Source of the DNA: a virus
Virus record (IMG/VR): IMGVR_UViG_2930936637_000001
Location: 1,735-65,734 of that record
DNA length: 64,000 bases
Strand: one strand, 5' to 3'
Below, piece by piece: positions 18,001 through 26,420 of the stretch. Position numbers and translations under genes: made by a program. Positions within the stretch are counted from its first letter, which is position 1. The number at the start of each line of letters is the position of its first letter. The notes under the pieces are model-generated. The model saw only the letters and a list, made by a program, of their open reading frames with translations, made no database searches and was not told the origin of the DNA.

Positions 18001-19911
18001 AGAAAAGAGCCCGCCACCAGTACGGCCAGCAACCTTGGCTCCGTTTTTAATCTTTGTGGCAAATCCGCGACCACCGGTCTTACCTGCAGCAGTACTACCC
18101 TTTTTTGCTTCTTTAGCAAAGTGACGACCACCAGCAGTCCCACTAGACTCAATTGCTTCTTCAATTTTCGTGGCAAATTTACTGCTGCTTTTGCCACCAC
18201 CAGCACGCTTACCTTTTCCGCCGCCAAACAAAATACCTTGATAAGAGTCAGCTGCATCTAAAGCCGTCGTGAGTTTTAGCTGCGTGTTGATTTCTTTGAG
18301 CATTTTCAGGAACTGGTTAGCTTTTTTGACAGCAAAAAAGCCGACCATAGCTTTAGCAGCCAGCTTAATTGCTCCTTTATGTTGATCAATACCTTTCAAT
18401 AAATCATCAAGTTGGTCCAATGGGTCTTTCGCTGCTTTACCATTTTTATCGACTAGACCAAATGCATCGCCGATATCAGTGAGAATGTCAATGCTATCAG
18501 TCCAAACCGCTTTGCCGAATATTCCACCAATATCACCAATATTTTTCATAACATCCAAGATAGTATCTTTATGCTTATCTAGGTAATTGATTCCATCTAC
18601 TGCCGCACCAGTAACGACACCCAGTGCTGAGGATATGCCTTTGGCATACTTTTTCATCATGTCGTCTTTGAGCAAGTCTTGCATGGACTTAGCGGTCTGC
18701 TTGTCCATATTAAAGCTGGTCTTCATAACATCCCCGGCCAACGTGCTAAACCGCGACTTAAGGTACATCGACATCCCCATAAAGGACGTCATGGCTTCTT
18801 TAGTCCCACCCTCGTACTTTTTTCCGAGGTAGGTCAAAGTATCGGTAAATTGTTTTGCAGACAGCTTTCCAGCTGCAGACATGGCATAGAGCTGTTTCAT
18901 ACTCTTACCGGTTGCCTTCTGCAAGGCTTCACCGAACATTGGGAACCGGTTGATCATGACCGCCATATCTTCGGAACTAGCTTTACCACCAGCAACAATC
19001 TTGGCAAATTGCTCGCCAGATTCTGCTAAGGCGTCGTTAGACATATGCAGTGTGGAACCTAAAGCGATAAAGTCATTAGTCCAGTTCTTGGTTTCCTTTT
19101 CGTTTGAATGAACGTGGTAGAAGGACTGAGCCATCTCATTCAGAGTATCAGCGGCATAAATGGAATGCTGAGACATGGAGTTGATGTACTTGACTAAGTT
19201 TTTCCCATCCTTAGGTGCCTCAGTGGTCAAGGACGTCCACACGGTCTTCATCGTGTCTTGTTCCTTGTTGTACTCCATCCCGGCCTGTGCGGCTTCATGA
19301 AGCCCATTGGTTAGCGCCATCACACCATTTGAAATCATGGTTCCAGCAAACGAGCCAGCGATGATATCCTTCAATCGCCGACTCTTTTTTGCTGTCTTAT
19401 CCATTTCATTGCCAACCTTACGGGTCTGCTTCTCAACTTCACTGGCACCAACCTTGACGCCATCAGTGTCAAACTTCACCTTGGTAACGGTTTCCTTTGG
19501 CAAGTCGCGTAGTTCTCGGCCTACCTTGCCAATCGGTGTTAGCAGTCCAGTAATCGATGATTCTAATTCTGAATAGTGTCTTTTTTGCGTAGACGTATAC
19601 GCCTCGGAAACATTATTCAGATTAGAAATTTTGTCGCGGAAAGTCGTTGCTGACTTTGAACCACCTTGAATTGATTGATTTACTTCATGCTGTGCTGATT
19701 TTAAACGATCGTCAGCACCAATCATCTTATCGATGGTATCAATGAAGGTGCGACCAAACGTGCCTACTTCCCGGTTAACTGGTTCGAAGTGATGACCCAA
19801 GGAGCTTACCTTATCGATGATTTTGTCAACGCTGGTATCAAGTTTCTCTAGCTTAGGGTAATCGATGTTGAACCCAATGCCGATATCCTCACGACGTAAT
19901 TCTCCTGCCAT
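15070..19911 (-). CDS. Tape measure protein with M23 peptidase and lytic transglycosylase domains
   Basis: Tape-measure core; HDGVD and HVH (M23); ESGG and GLLQF (SLT). Confidence 0.92.
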   Translation of the reverse strand: MAGELRREDIGIGFNIDYPKLEKLDTSVDKIIDKVSSLGHHFEPVNREVGTFGRTFIDTIDKMIGADDRLKSAQHEVNQSIQGGSKSATTFRDKISNLNNVSEAYTSTQKRHYSELESSITGLLTPIGKVGRELRDLPKETVTKVKFDTDGVKVGASEVEKQTRKVGNEMDKTAKKSRRLKDIIAGSFAGTMISNGVMALTNGLHEAAQAGMEYNKEQDTMKTVWTSLTTEAPKDGKNLVKYINSMSQHSIYAADTLNEMAQSFYHVHSNEKETKNWTNDFIALGSTLHMSNDALAESGEQFAKIVAGGKASSEDMAVMINRFPMFGEALQKATGKSMKQLYAMSAAGKLSAKQFTDTLTYLGKKYEGGTKEAMTSFMGMSMYLKSRFSTLAGDVMKTSFNMDKQTAKSMQDLLKDDMMKKYAKGISSALGVVTGAAVDGINYLDKHKDTILDVMKNIGDIGGIFGKAVWTDSIDILTDIGDAFGLVDKNGKAAKDPLDQLDDLLKGIDQHKGAIKLAAKAMVGFFAVKKANQFLKMLKEINTQLKLTTALDAADSYQGILFGGGKGKRAGGGKSSSKFATKIEEAIESSGTAGGRHFAKEAKKGSTAAGKTGGRGFATKIKNGAKVAGRTGGGLFSDAIHNIAWMTIASKFATDGSQVFLDGISTKKGAKAAWKLGGDTVGGAIGFYLGGPAGAAVGTYIGGAIADQLSKWADWYQKNGTASPAGDKSDHQRKYNSKHAAALTNSLSTNATGGPIGTVNTKSTYPSESRGILNPSGITSKKKKKKSIVTKPITGFASGGPTIKPGMAMVAEAGTEIGYDARSGKYQIFDQGPQLVHLTAGMHIMNHRDSLKAMRGGLGRGRILPGYAKGTGSVGAASVATTVKVKGVNDATMKNTEYKTKRSADQIGTDIVSGYGKGTKGAQKKLTGLNKKSNQILKDTKNGTNKQTDLIRKQMIADFDAAQKGADKQLTQLKNVGLKTMDKLQDGMSKADQTIVSDFGNNFNKLPGMAKSSMKGAITNLNNGFTGIDSALSQFGGNKSVLKPIHYAAGSNGPIASDQMAVLNDATAGPRQELVGRGDQLLKPIGDNGVFHLKKGDNVFNGSQVERAKPYLPHFAKGTGASDDKLRAIASANSGNSGRAFNKEFSGNVKLDGSALQKGTTSTAKASAKTVGVPWSNAMWGYIQSLIQGGGSSAGGSWRHDPGMAETNGFGAARSFGSHDGVDFSSSLGSGILAVHGGKVTHTGRPLHGWPYSQLGDVITVASDDGYQEIYQEFGGMNNIKVSTGDVIKTGQRIATLGNLNGAGSGAHVHIGVSHGSLWDHGGSSTRGWYDVTKMHGSSNGSSKLSNSKKSNNSLTKLVTKQLGKSAAKWITDKLATEVDGGTGGASYGGSAMIEKAAKAMHVKLSASELATIKSVIMHESGGSATVTQKVHDVNSAAGHPAQGLLQFIPSTFKSYAVKGHNNILSAYDQLLAMFNDSNWRHDVHTGGWGPSGHARFENGGFSKKHKLAEISEGDKLEAIVPMAPDKKQRRKAIMNKIDDYTGDHRVQPVKVAASAGGRDVTIKMTNNIKVEGGNGQNIEKQVVSGMSKVTQQLADMLRRATGTDQGEGGLVI

Positions 19912-19925
19912 TTAGTCACACCTCC

Positions 19926-20225
19926 TTAACTCTTATTCTTGTTAGCATTCTGCAAGGCATTCCAAAATTCCGTAATGCCTTTTTGAATTGCCATGCTTTC
20001 TTGATCAATACGTTCGCTTAAAATCTTATCGGACAGATTACTCATGATAATTCGTTGATCTAAACTCCATTTGCCGACTTCTTCGACTGAACTGGCTAGT
20101 CCTAACGACACCGGTAAATAAAGCTCATAAAGGCGGTCAACTTCCTTATCAATTCGCTTCTGGTCAATCTCGTTTTCTTCTTCATTGAAGAAACGTGAAT
20201 CATTAGATGCACTCTGACAGAAACG
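19926..20225 (-). CDS. Tail assembly chaperone extension (T-like), likely reached by frameshift
   Basis: Frame open from 20225, overlapping upstream stop; no ATG/TTG before the GTG at 20111. Confidence 0.65.
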   Translation of the reverse strand, partial: RFCQSASNDSRFFNEEENEIDQKRIDKEVDRLYELYLPVSLGLASSVEEVGKWSLDQRIIMSNLSDKILSERIDQESMAIQKGITEFWNALQNANKNKS

Positions 20226-20817
20226 TCACAGCTTGAATCGCTGTTGAGGCATAGCCGTCATGATCCATGACCTCGGCAAAGTAGAGACGTGCTTCATTGA
20301 TTGCGTCATAGCCACCACCATTTTCAGACCAGAAAGACATATCAAGTGGTTTGTCAGGATTATCGACATGACGGAAAACGTCCTTGTTGAGAGCCTTCAA
20401 AACGGCCAGTGTTTCATCAGCACCATCGACCCCACGAATATCAGCGGTCAGGTTTAAGGCTTCTCGATAGCCAGGGAACTTCATTAGGATGTGTGGCTTC
20501 TTACCGCGCTTGCCATCCAGTTCGACTTCCTTGGTTTCTTCGGTTTTGCGAACCTTCTTATTGAGATCAGCAAATGCATAGCGTGGGTTGATAATAACGT
20601 TCTCATTAATCATGTTGATCATTTCGGCATAGTCCCGCTCGTTGTTACCGATGTTTTGCTTGGCTCGAATCTTCATCAGCATTTCATAACCGGGGTCCCG
20701 GAAGGTTGCCTCAATTGTCTTAGGATTTTCCTTATCCCCATACTTAATCGTTTCGTGCTTGTCCATCTCTGCCAACTTCGTTACGTCTACTTTTGGTGCT
20801 GCCATTTTTTCAGTCAT
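20203..20817 (-). CDS. Tail assembly chaperone (G-like)
   Basis: Between tube and tape measure genes. Confidence 0.75.
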   Translation of the reverse strand: MTEKMAAPKVDVTKLAEMDKHETIKYGDKENPKTIEATFRDPGYEMLMKIRAKQNIGNNERDYAEMINMINENVIINPRYAFADLNKKVRKTEETKEVELDGKRGKKPHILMKFPGYREALNLTADIRGVDGADETLAVLKALNKDVFRHVDNPDKPLDMSFWSENGGGYDAINEARLYFAEVMDHDGYASTAIQAVTFLSECI

Positions 20818-20892
20818 ATAAAATCATCCTTTCAAATTTTAGGTATGTAAAAAGCAGGCTCGAAAGTCTGCTGTCGTCTTCTATAGTGCTAA

Positions 20893-21369
20893 TTAAGCGG
20901 CGTTGCCAAATGAATCCTCATATTGGCAAGCTAGCAACGTCCAGTCACGCGTGGTAATCCCGTTAGATACAGAACCATCAGGCATCTTTTGAATCAAGCA
21001 AACGCTCGATTGTACGACTTCGCCGTTGTTATCGTTTTGAACTTTGAATCCAAATGTTGGCACAGTATCCGACCCATGTTTCATTTGACGGTAGTAGCAA
21101 CCGTAGATGATATCGTGTGCTGGCGCCCCATCGTTTAGATGAGCAACAAATTGCCCTAACTTCGAGTGATTAATCAGGCCTAGTGGAACGCCCTTAAAGT
21201 CAGATGCCACATCGACATCGTTATCAGTCTTAGACCAGTTAACGGCTTCACCAGACTGGAACCCACTGAGTTCCGTTGGAGTGCCATCAACAATCACGTA
21301 AACGTGAATAAAGCGGGAATCCTTTAGGACAAAGTAACTCCCGTCATCGAGTTGAACACGTTGAATCAT
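20893..21369 (-). CDS. Tail tube protein (DUF3277-like)
   Basis: Follows sheath; LSGF, IQKMPD, RDWTL pattern. Confidence 0.8.
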   Translation of the reverse strand: MIQRVQLDDGSYFVLKDSRFIHVYVIVDGTPTELSGFQSGEAVNWSKTDNDVDVASDFKGVPLGLINHSKLGQFVAHLNDGAPAHDIIYGCYYRQMKHGSDTVPTFGFKVQNDNNGEVVQSSVCLIQKMPDGSVSNGITTRDWTLLACQYEDSFGNAA

Positions 21370-21382
21370 TTAGCTCCACCTC

Positions 21383-22498
21383 CTAGAGTGTAATGGCATT
21401 GTTCAAGTAGACCTTTTCAAATGGGTTAGGCAATCCCATTTGAACGTCTATTGACTTGTACTTACGTTGCGAGATTTCATAAGCAGATAACTGTGAACGC
21501 GACTTGGCCGTTACATGGAAATCGGCCTTACCATCGTCCCCAGTAGCAATGGTTCCCAGTTTGAACAAATCATCGCCGGCTGCTTGTGCGGTCGTAACTA
21601 GTTCACTGATATTGTCATCAGTAATCTCAGTGAATTTTTTGCTGTTCATCCACTTTTGAATCCGATATTGAAGAAAATCTGTGTTGTACTGTGCGTTGAA
21701 AGAGTTGTCGATGTAGTTACCGTTTAACTCCTTGTCGGCACTCAGCATGAGGTCATCCGCCTTATTCACGACAGTCAAACCATTTAGGTTTTCGATCATA
21801 TCGAGTTCAACTTGGGTCCAGTCGTTTGGTACGAACTGGCTAAGATTGCCAATCCGCATCCAGTCAAGCAATGTCAGAGTTGAAGCGTAAGCCACTGCTT
21901 GTGCGGCCGGCTTATTTTCAGCACTCTTTTCGACAATTGCTCGCAGGTGTCCCAGCTTGTCCTTATCGGTTTGCGTTGCAACCGCGTAATCATGCCATTT
22001 CTGTAAATCAACAATGTTGTCGACCTGCAATACCAACTCGCTGTGTGCATTGGCGTACATAATATCAGCAGCTGTTTTGATGTCGTCATCCGTCATCCCA
22101 ACCGGAATAAACCACCGAGGACCATCGTTTAAATGGTCTTCCAGCCACTTCTGCACGCCTGATACGGTAGCTGATAATGTTGCGCCATCAGCAGTTGGCG
22201 TCACACTGACGTCATTTAGACTAATGACATCGGTGTTTGGATAAGTGCCAATCATAACTGGCCCTTCGAAATCCTTAACATCAAACATTGCTTCGACAAG
22301 CGCATATTCCTCAGTTGTTTCATCAAAACCCACATCTGGCATTTCTTCTGGATCATGAACTAGCAGCACACTTTCAGTTGCATCAGTTCCTCGCCGTAGC
22401 AAAGCAACGGCTGCAGTATTCGATCCCGTATTAAATGGGGCAACCGTCGTAGTTGTGATTAAATCTGAGGGCTGCTTAATAATCTTTGCAATAGGCAT
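21383..22498 (-). CDS. Tail sheath protein (DUF3383-like)
   Basis: GNYID...DFLQYRIQ C-terminal sheath motif; position. Confidence 0.8.
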   Translation of the reverse strand: MPIAKIIKQPSDLITTTTVAPFNTGSNTAAVALLRRGTDATESVLLVHDPEEMPDVGFDETTEEYALVEAMFDVKDFEGPVMIGTYPNTDVISLNDVSVTPTADGATLSATVSGVQKWLEDHLNDGPRWFIPVGMTDDDIKTAADIMYANAHSELVLQVDNIVDLQKWHDYAVATQTDKDKLGHLRAIVEKSAENKPAAQAVAYASTLTLLDWMRIGNLSQFVPNDWTQVELDMIENLNGLTVVNKADDLMLSADKELNGNYIDNSFNAQYNTDFLQYRIQKWMNSKKFTEITDDNISELVTTAQAAGDDLFKLGTIATGDDGKADFHVTAKSRSQLSAYEISQRKYKSIDVQMGLPNPFEKVYLNNAITL

Positions 22499-22501
22499 TG
22501 T

Positions 22502-23002
22502 TTATGATTCCTCCTTTGTAATCTTGATATTCGGTTCAACGGAATCAAGCCCGCCCACTTGTGTCTGATCACGATAGTCAGGGTTGATCATCAGCGTGAC
22601 TGTGACACCAACCTGATTTTCAACAGCGATCGTCCAATCTTCGTCAAGTGGCTCAGGGTCACTCACCTCCACAATTGAAATGCCCTGCTGGGCCAAGTCG
22701 ACCTGTGGCTGCATGGAACCTAAGACATTTTGCAACCATTCGATGCGATCGCTAGCTTCCAGTGGGTCATCACAGTGGACCTTTAACTGAATAACCTTAA
22801 GAAACGGTTCACCAACGTGATTAAAGGTGATTCGTCGATGAGCATTGGCAATCGTCCAACTAAAAAAAGGCAACTGACGTTTTTCGTCAATCACCTTCTC
22901 ATAGACCCAAGGGATCTTCTCCCCCGGATTCATCGGGTACTTTGCCAGCTCCGTTACCAGAGCCGTCACCGTTTGTCGGTTGTTCATCGTCATCATCTCC
23001 AT
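22502..23002 (-). CDS. Tail terminator/neck protein
   Basis: Position before sheath. Confidence 0.6.
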   Translation of the reverse strand: MEMMTMNNRQTVTALVTELAKYPMNPGEKIPWVYEKVIDEKRQLPFFSWTIANAHRRITFNHVGEPFLKVIQLKVHCDDPLEASDRIEWLQNVLGSMQPQVDLAQQGISIVEVSDPEPLDEDWTIAVENQVGVTVTLMINPDYRDQTQVGGLDSVEPNIKITKEES

Positions 23003-23360
23003 TCCGTTGAAGCGTGTAGTAAGTCAGCTGGCTATGCGTCAATGGCGCTTCACCAGTTACCTCATACGTTTCACCCGTGTTTTTCCGCAAAACCTTGGTG
23101 CCCTTCTTGTACCCCGATGTACGTGAAGACCAGACCAAAATGCTAACTTCCATCTCACCACCAGAGCCTTGCTGGTATGTGATAGCTGGATTAGATGTTG
23201 TCGTGAGAGGTTCAACCACATCACGTGGTGTTCCCCACGACTGACCACCTATTCCTAACGGGTCGCTACCATCATTACCAAGATATGGTGTGATTATCAG
23301 CGGTTCTTTGTTGCGGTCAAACATAAAATGAAAAGTATTCAGGTTTTGAAAATTAGGCAT
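22899..23360 (-). CDS. Head closure protein
   Basis: Position in neck module; GETYEV...YYTL. Confidence 0.6.
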   Translation of the reverse strand: MPNFQNLNTFHFMFDRNKEPLIITPYLGNDGSDPLGIGGQSWGTPRDVVEPLTTTSNPAITYQQGSGGEMEVSILVWSSRTSGYKKGTKVLRKNTGETYEVTGEAPLTHSQLTYYTLQRNGDDDDEQPTNGDGSGNGAGKVPDESGGEDPLGL

Positions 23361-23637
23361 TAGTTACGTCAGCGGTGACATCTGCTCCATCTTCCGTTGC
23401 CGTAGCCTTTACGTTAGTTGGCTCTGGTTCAGTTTTTTTTAGCACCGTCCATCCCGGTACATCAACCTTACCTGACGGATTTTCGGCATTAGTATCATCA
23501 ATAACTGCGGCTTGGTAGTCGCCATCAGCCACAACCGTACCTGCTGCTAATCCAGTTACAGATACCTTTTCGGCTGGATCACCAGTTGCTAAAGGAGTCG
23601 TTTCACCCTTCTTGTAAATTGCTAATTTTTGAGCCAT
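23353..23637 (-). CDS. Stand-alone Ig/Fn3-like decoration domain protein (94 aa)
   Basis: VSVTGLAAGT...GDYQ...SGKVDVPGW-V pattern seen in phage tail/capsid extensions. Confidence 0.6.
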   Translation of the reverse strand: MAQKLAIYKKGETTPLATGDPAEKVSVTGLAAGTVVADGDYQAAVIDDTNAENPSGKVDVPGWTVLKKTEPEPTNVKATATEDGADVTADVTNA

Positions 23638-23640
23638 AAG

Positions 23641-24240
23641 CTAAAACTTCCTTTCGCGGGTCCATGTGATTGACCCAATTAATTTTCCTGTGTCCTGTAG
23701 CGGATCATCGACTCCCTTACGGTCAACGGTGAGCGACGCATTATGCGGCGTGTGCAGGTCACGGATTGTTTTCTTAATATCATTTGAGATTCGTCGCCCT
23801 AACTGATTCTCAAGACTTTTTGGGGACAGCTTGCCGTCCATAACTTGAAGAAAGCCATCAGCCACAAGTTGCCCCCACTCATCATGATTACGCTCAAAGG
23901 CGATGTTCAGAAACCGCCGGGGTGGAATCCGAACACTCTCTTTGAGTACGAACATGATAGTCATGCCGTATGGGGCCGATTTATCAGCAACTGCTAAAAC
24001 ACGGTTATGAGCACCTTTAGGCCGAAATAATCCCGGTATCTCACTTGGCTTTCGACCTTTAGCAGCGGCCGTTGGAATAGTCAAAAATGACTTCTTAGCA
24101 TGAATCACCATGCCATGCTCATTGACCCGGGCAACCATCTGTAAGATCGAATCATCAATGGGAACGCCGACAATCAAATCCATTTGATTAAGCCGTTTAG
24201 ATCGCTCAATCCACTCTGAAATGTGATTAAAGCTTGCCAC
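23641..24240 (-). CDS. Virion morphogenesis / tail completion protein (HK97 gp10-like)
   Basis: VNEHG, IPPRRFL, NASLTVDRKG...PLQDTG-L motifs. Confidence 0.75.
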   Translation of the reverse strand: MASFNHISEWIERSKRLNQMDLIVGVPIDDSILQMVARVNEHGMVIHAKKSFLTIPTAAAKGRKPSEIPGLFRPKGAHNRVLAVADKSAPYGMTIMFVLKESVRIPPRRFLNIAFERNHDEWGQLVADGFLQVMDGKLSPKSLENQLGRRISNDIKKTIRDLHTPHNASLTVDRKGVDDPLQDTGKLIGSITWTRERKF

Positions 24241-24249
24241 CTAACCACC

Positions 24250-24597
24250 TCAATCCCGACTGAATGCCCGACCACGGTGTCGACTTCGGCCAAATTGGTC
24301 CACCAAATCCTTATAGCGATTCATGTACGGGTCGCCATCAGACCAGTCGAACATAGTCTGAGACTCGCCCAAATGGCTGGCAGACTGGACGCCACCGTTA
24401 GCCACTATGGCGTCCACGTTCAGCTGACTAAGAGCCAACATTCGGTTAGCCTCTTCCTGCTTAACGGGCTTAATGTGGTCAGCCTGTACGGTCGTCCACG
24501 AGTCATCAATAAGTTGCTGCAGATACTCGTCATCGTCCAAATTAGACGCCAGCGGGTACTTTTTTAACTTATCGAGTGTCGTCTTGTTATCGGCCAT
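24250..24597 (-). CDS. Head-tail connector (DUF4054-like)
   Basis: Follows capsid gene; small acidic protein. Confidence 0.65.
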   Translation of the reverse strand: MADNKTTLDKLKKYPLASNLDDDEYLQQLIDDSWTTVQADHIKPVKQEEANRMLALSQLNVDAIVANGGVQSASHLGESQTMFDWSDGDPYMNRYKDLVDQFGRSRHRGRAFSRD

Positions 24598-24610
24598 TGC
24601 GGTTCACCTC

Positions 24611-25657
24611 TTATTTACCTGTAGTTGTTCCAGAACCTGACCCAGAACCACTAGATGCCTTCTGCTTGGGCAAGAAGTCTGTGGATACCTTAGCCTTATA
24701 CGCAACAACATGAATACTTCGAGGATCAACGTTCTTAACGATTTCCCAAGTAGATGGCTTGGATAGTTCATCAATCGTTGCAGTTTGGCCTGCAGCGGAG
24801 AACCCATCAGCCACCGAAGTACCTTTCACGTGAATGGTTTCGGTACGACGGTTGATAATGTTAGTACGACCACCATTCTTACGGGCTTCACGTTCAACTT
24901 CGGTTGAATCAGACGGGTTAGCTACGGAATAACCAATAGCCCCGTTACCAAAGATGTAGGACGTTGCAACACCGTTAGCATCCAACGGCAGGTCATCATC
25001 AACCACGATTTGCATCCCGTTGTAGTTACCGAATGGCCCCACTGCAACGTTTGGCTGAACGGTGTCAATCATGTTTTGCAACTTCATTTCGGCGTAAGCA
25101 CTGGAATTAACTGCAATCTTATTGAACGTTTGATCTTGCAAGTCGCCCAATTTATTGATTGTCGCCAAAAATCCGCGGGCAGAGAAGTTGTTGCTTGAAT
25201 CATCAAACATCTTCGCAGTCGCGATATCCGTATTTCCAAATACACCGGCAAGAATTGCCATCAGTAACTTTTGTTCTGAATTGCTCCAGAAATTAGCGAA
25301 CCGTGACGCGATAACGTCGGCTGGATTAGAGACGGAAAATTGTTGGGCAATATCCGTGTACCCAAATGCCTTAACCAAGCGAAGTCGCATGGCCCGTTGT
25401 TTACCCGTAGTGACACCGGAAACACTGATATCATCGGTATCAGTCCATGGATCTGGGTCACCTTCCAGATCATTGGTGAACGGTAAGGTCATAGTGTCTT
25501 CCGTCGAATCCAACAAATGGGCACCAAATTGGTCGTCGGGCGTCAAAATACCGGATTGAATCATGCGGTTAGTTTTGGTGCTGAGATTAATGACGTTCTG
25601 TCCAAACAAAGTCGGTTGGATCATTCCAGAAAGTTGTGTAAATACGTCAGTTGCCAC
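24611..25657 (-). CDS. Major capsid protein
   Basis: GMQIVVDDDLP, EVEREARKNGG, HVKG pattern; follows scaffold. Confidence 0.9.
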   Translation of the reverse strand: MATDVFTQLSGMIQPTLFGQNVINLSTKTNRMIQSGILTPDDQFGAHLLDSTEDTMTLPFTNDLEGDPDPWTDTDDISVSGVTTGKQRAMRLRLVKAFGYTDIAQQFSVSNPADVIASRFANFWSNSEQKLLMAILAGVFGNTDIATAKMFDDSSNNFSARGFLATINKLGDLQDQTFNKIAVNSSAYAEMKLQNMIDTVQPNVAVGPFGNYNGMQIVVDDDLPLDANGVATSYIFGNGAIGYSVANPSDSTEVEREARKNGGRTNIINRRTETIHVKGTSVADGFSAAGQTATIDELSKPSTWEIVKNVDPRSIHVVAYKAKVSTDFLPKQKASSGSGSGSGTTTGK

Positions 25658-25673
25658 TTAAATCACTCCTTTT

Positions 25674-26327
25674 CTAATTCATAAATTGTTGTGCTAGTTG
25701 CGGATTCTTCTGATAAATCGCAAGTTGTTCACTGTAGCTCATTGAGTCCCAGTCTTTTTTAGTGACTGTCGCATCAGGTGTTTGATTACCAGAAGCCGGT
25801 GTCTGATCGCCTTGCATTCGCTTCAACGTTTCATCATGAACGGCTTCGTTGAAAGACTTTTCAAAAGAATCGACGTTTGCAATCATAGTGTCGTGGTCTT
25901 GATCGGCGATGTAATCGGCGAAAGTATCAGGAAGATGGCGGCTAGCGAGTTCTTGCTGAGCATAGAAGTGAGCTTGTTCCTGATGGAACTTATCCCGTTC
26001 TTGCTGATCCCGTTCTTCTTGTGCCTTACGATCGGCTTCGGCCTTTTCCTCGGCGGACATCTTAGCTCGCTTTTCGCCCTCAGCAATCGTGTCAGCCATT
26101 AATTGCTTAAATTCATTAGAACTTTTGAACTGGTTGATTGCGTCCTGGCGGATTCGCCGTTGGTCCTTGATAGGAACCTTATTAGGTTCACCACCTTTGG
26201 GGTCATCATCCGGGTTAGGCTCAGCTGGTGGTGTTGGCTCCGTTGGCTTTTGACCATCGGCAGGGGCACCATTATTGTCATCTGGAGCTTCAAACAACTT
26301 TGAGTTGAATAAATCGCGTTTTAACAT
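25674..26327 (-). CDS. Capsid scaffold protein (DUF4355-like)
   Basis: ATG 26327 after AGGAGG; Pro/Glu-rich N-terminus, FNEAVHDE, DWDSMSYSE. Confidence 0.85.
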   Translation of the reverse strand: MLKRDLFNSKLFEAPDDNNGAPADGQKPTEPTPPAEPNPDDDPKGGEPNKVPIKDQRRIRQDAINQFKSSNEFKQLMADTIAEGEKRAKMSAEEKAEADRKAQEERDQQERDKFHQEQAHFYAQQELASRHLPDTFADYIADQDHDTMIANVDSFEKSFNEAVHDETLKRMQGDQTPASGNQTPDATVTKKDWDSMSYSEQLAIYQKNPQLAQQFMN

Positions 26328-26420
26328 AAAAAATCCTCCTTGAATGCCTTTTAGAGATTGCATATCTCATCAGCTGTTCTTTAACGCCCGCAACCGAAAA
26401 AAGGGCATAAAAAAAGCACC

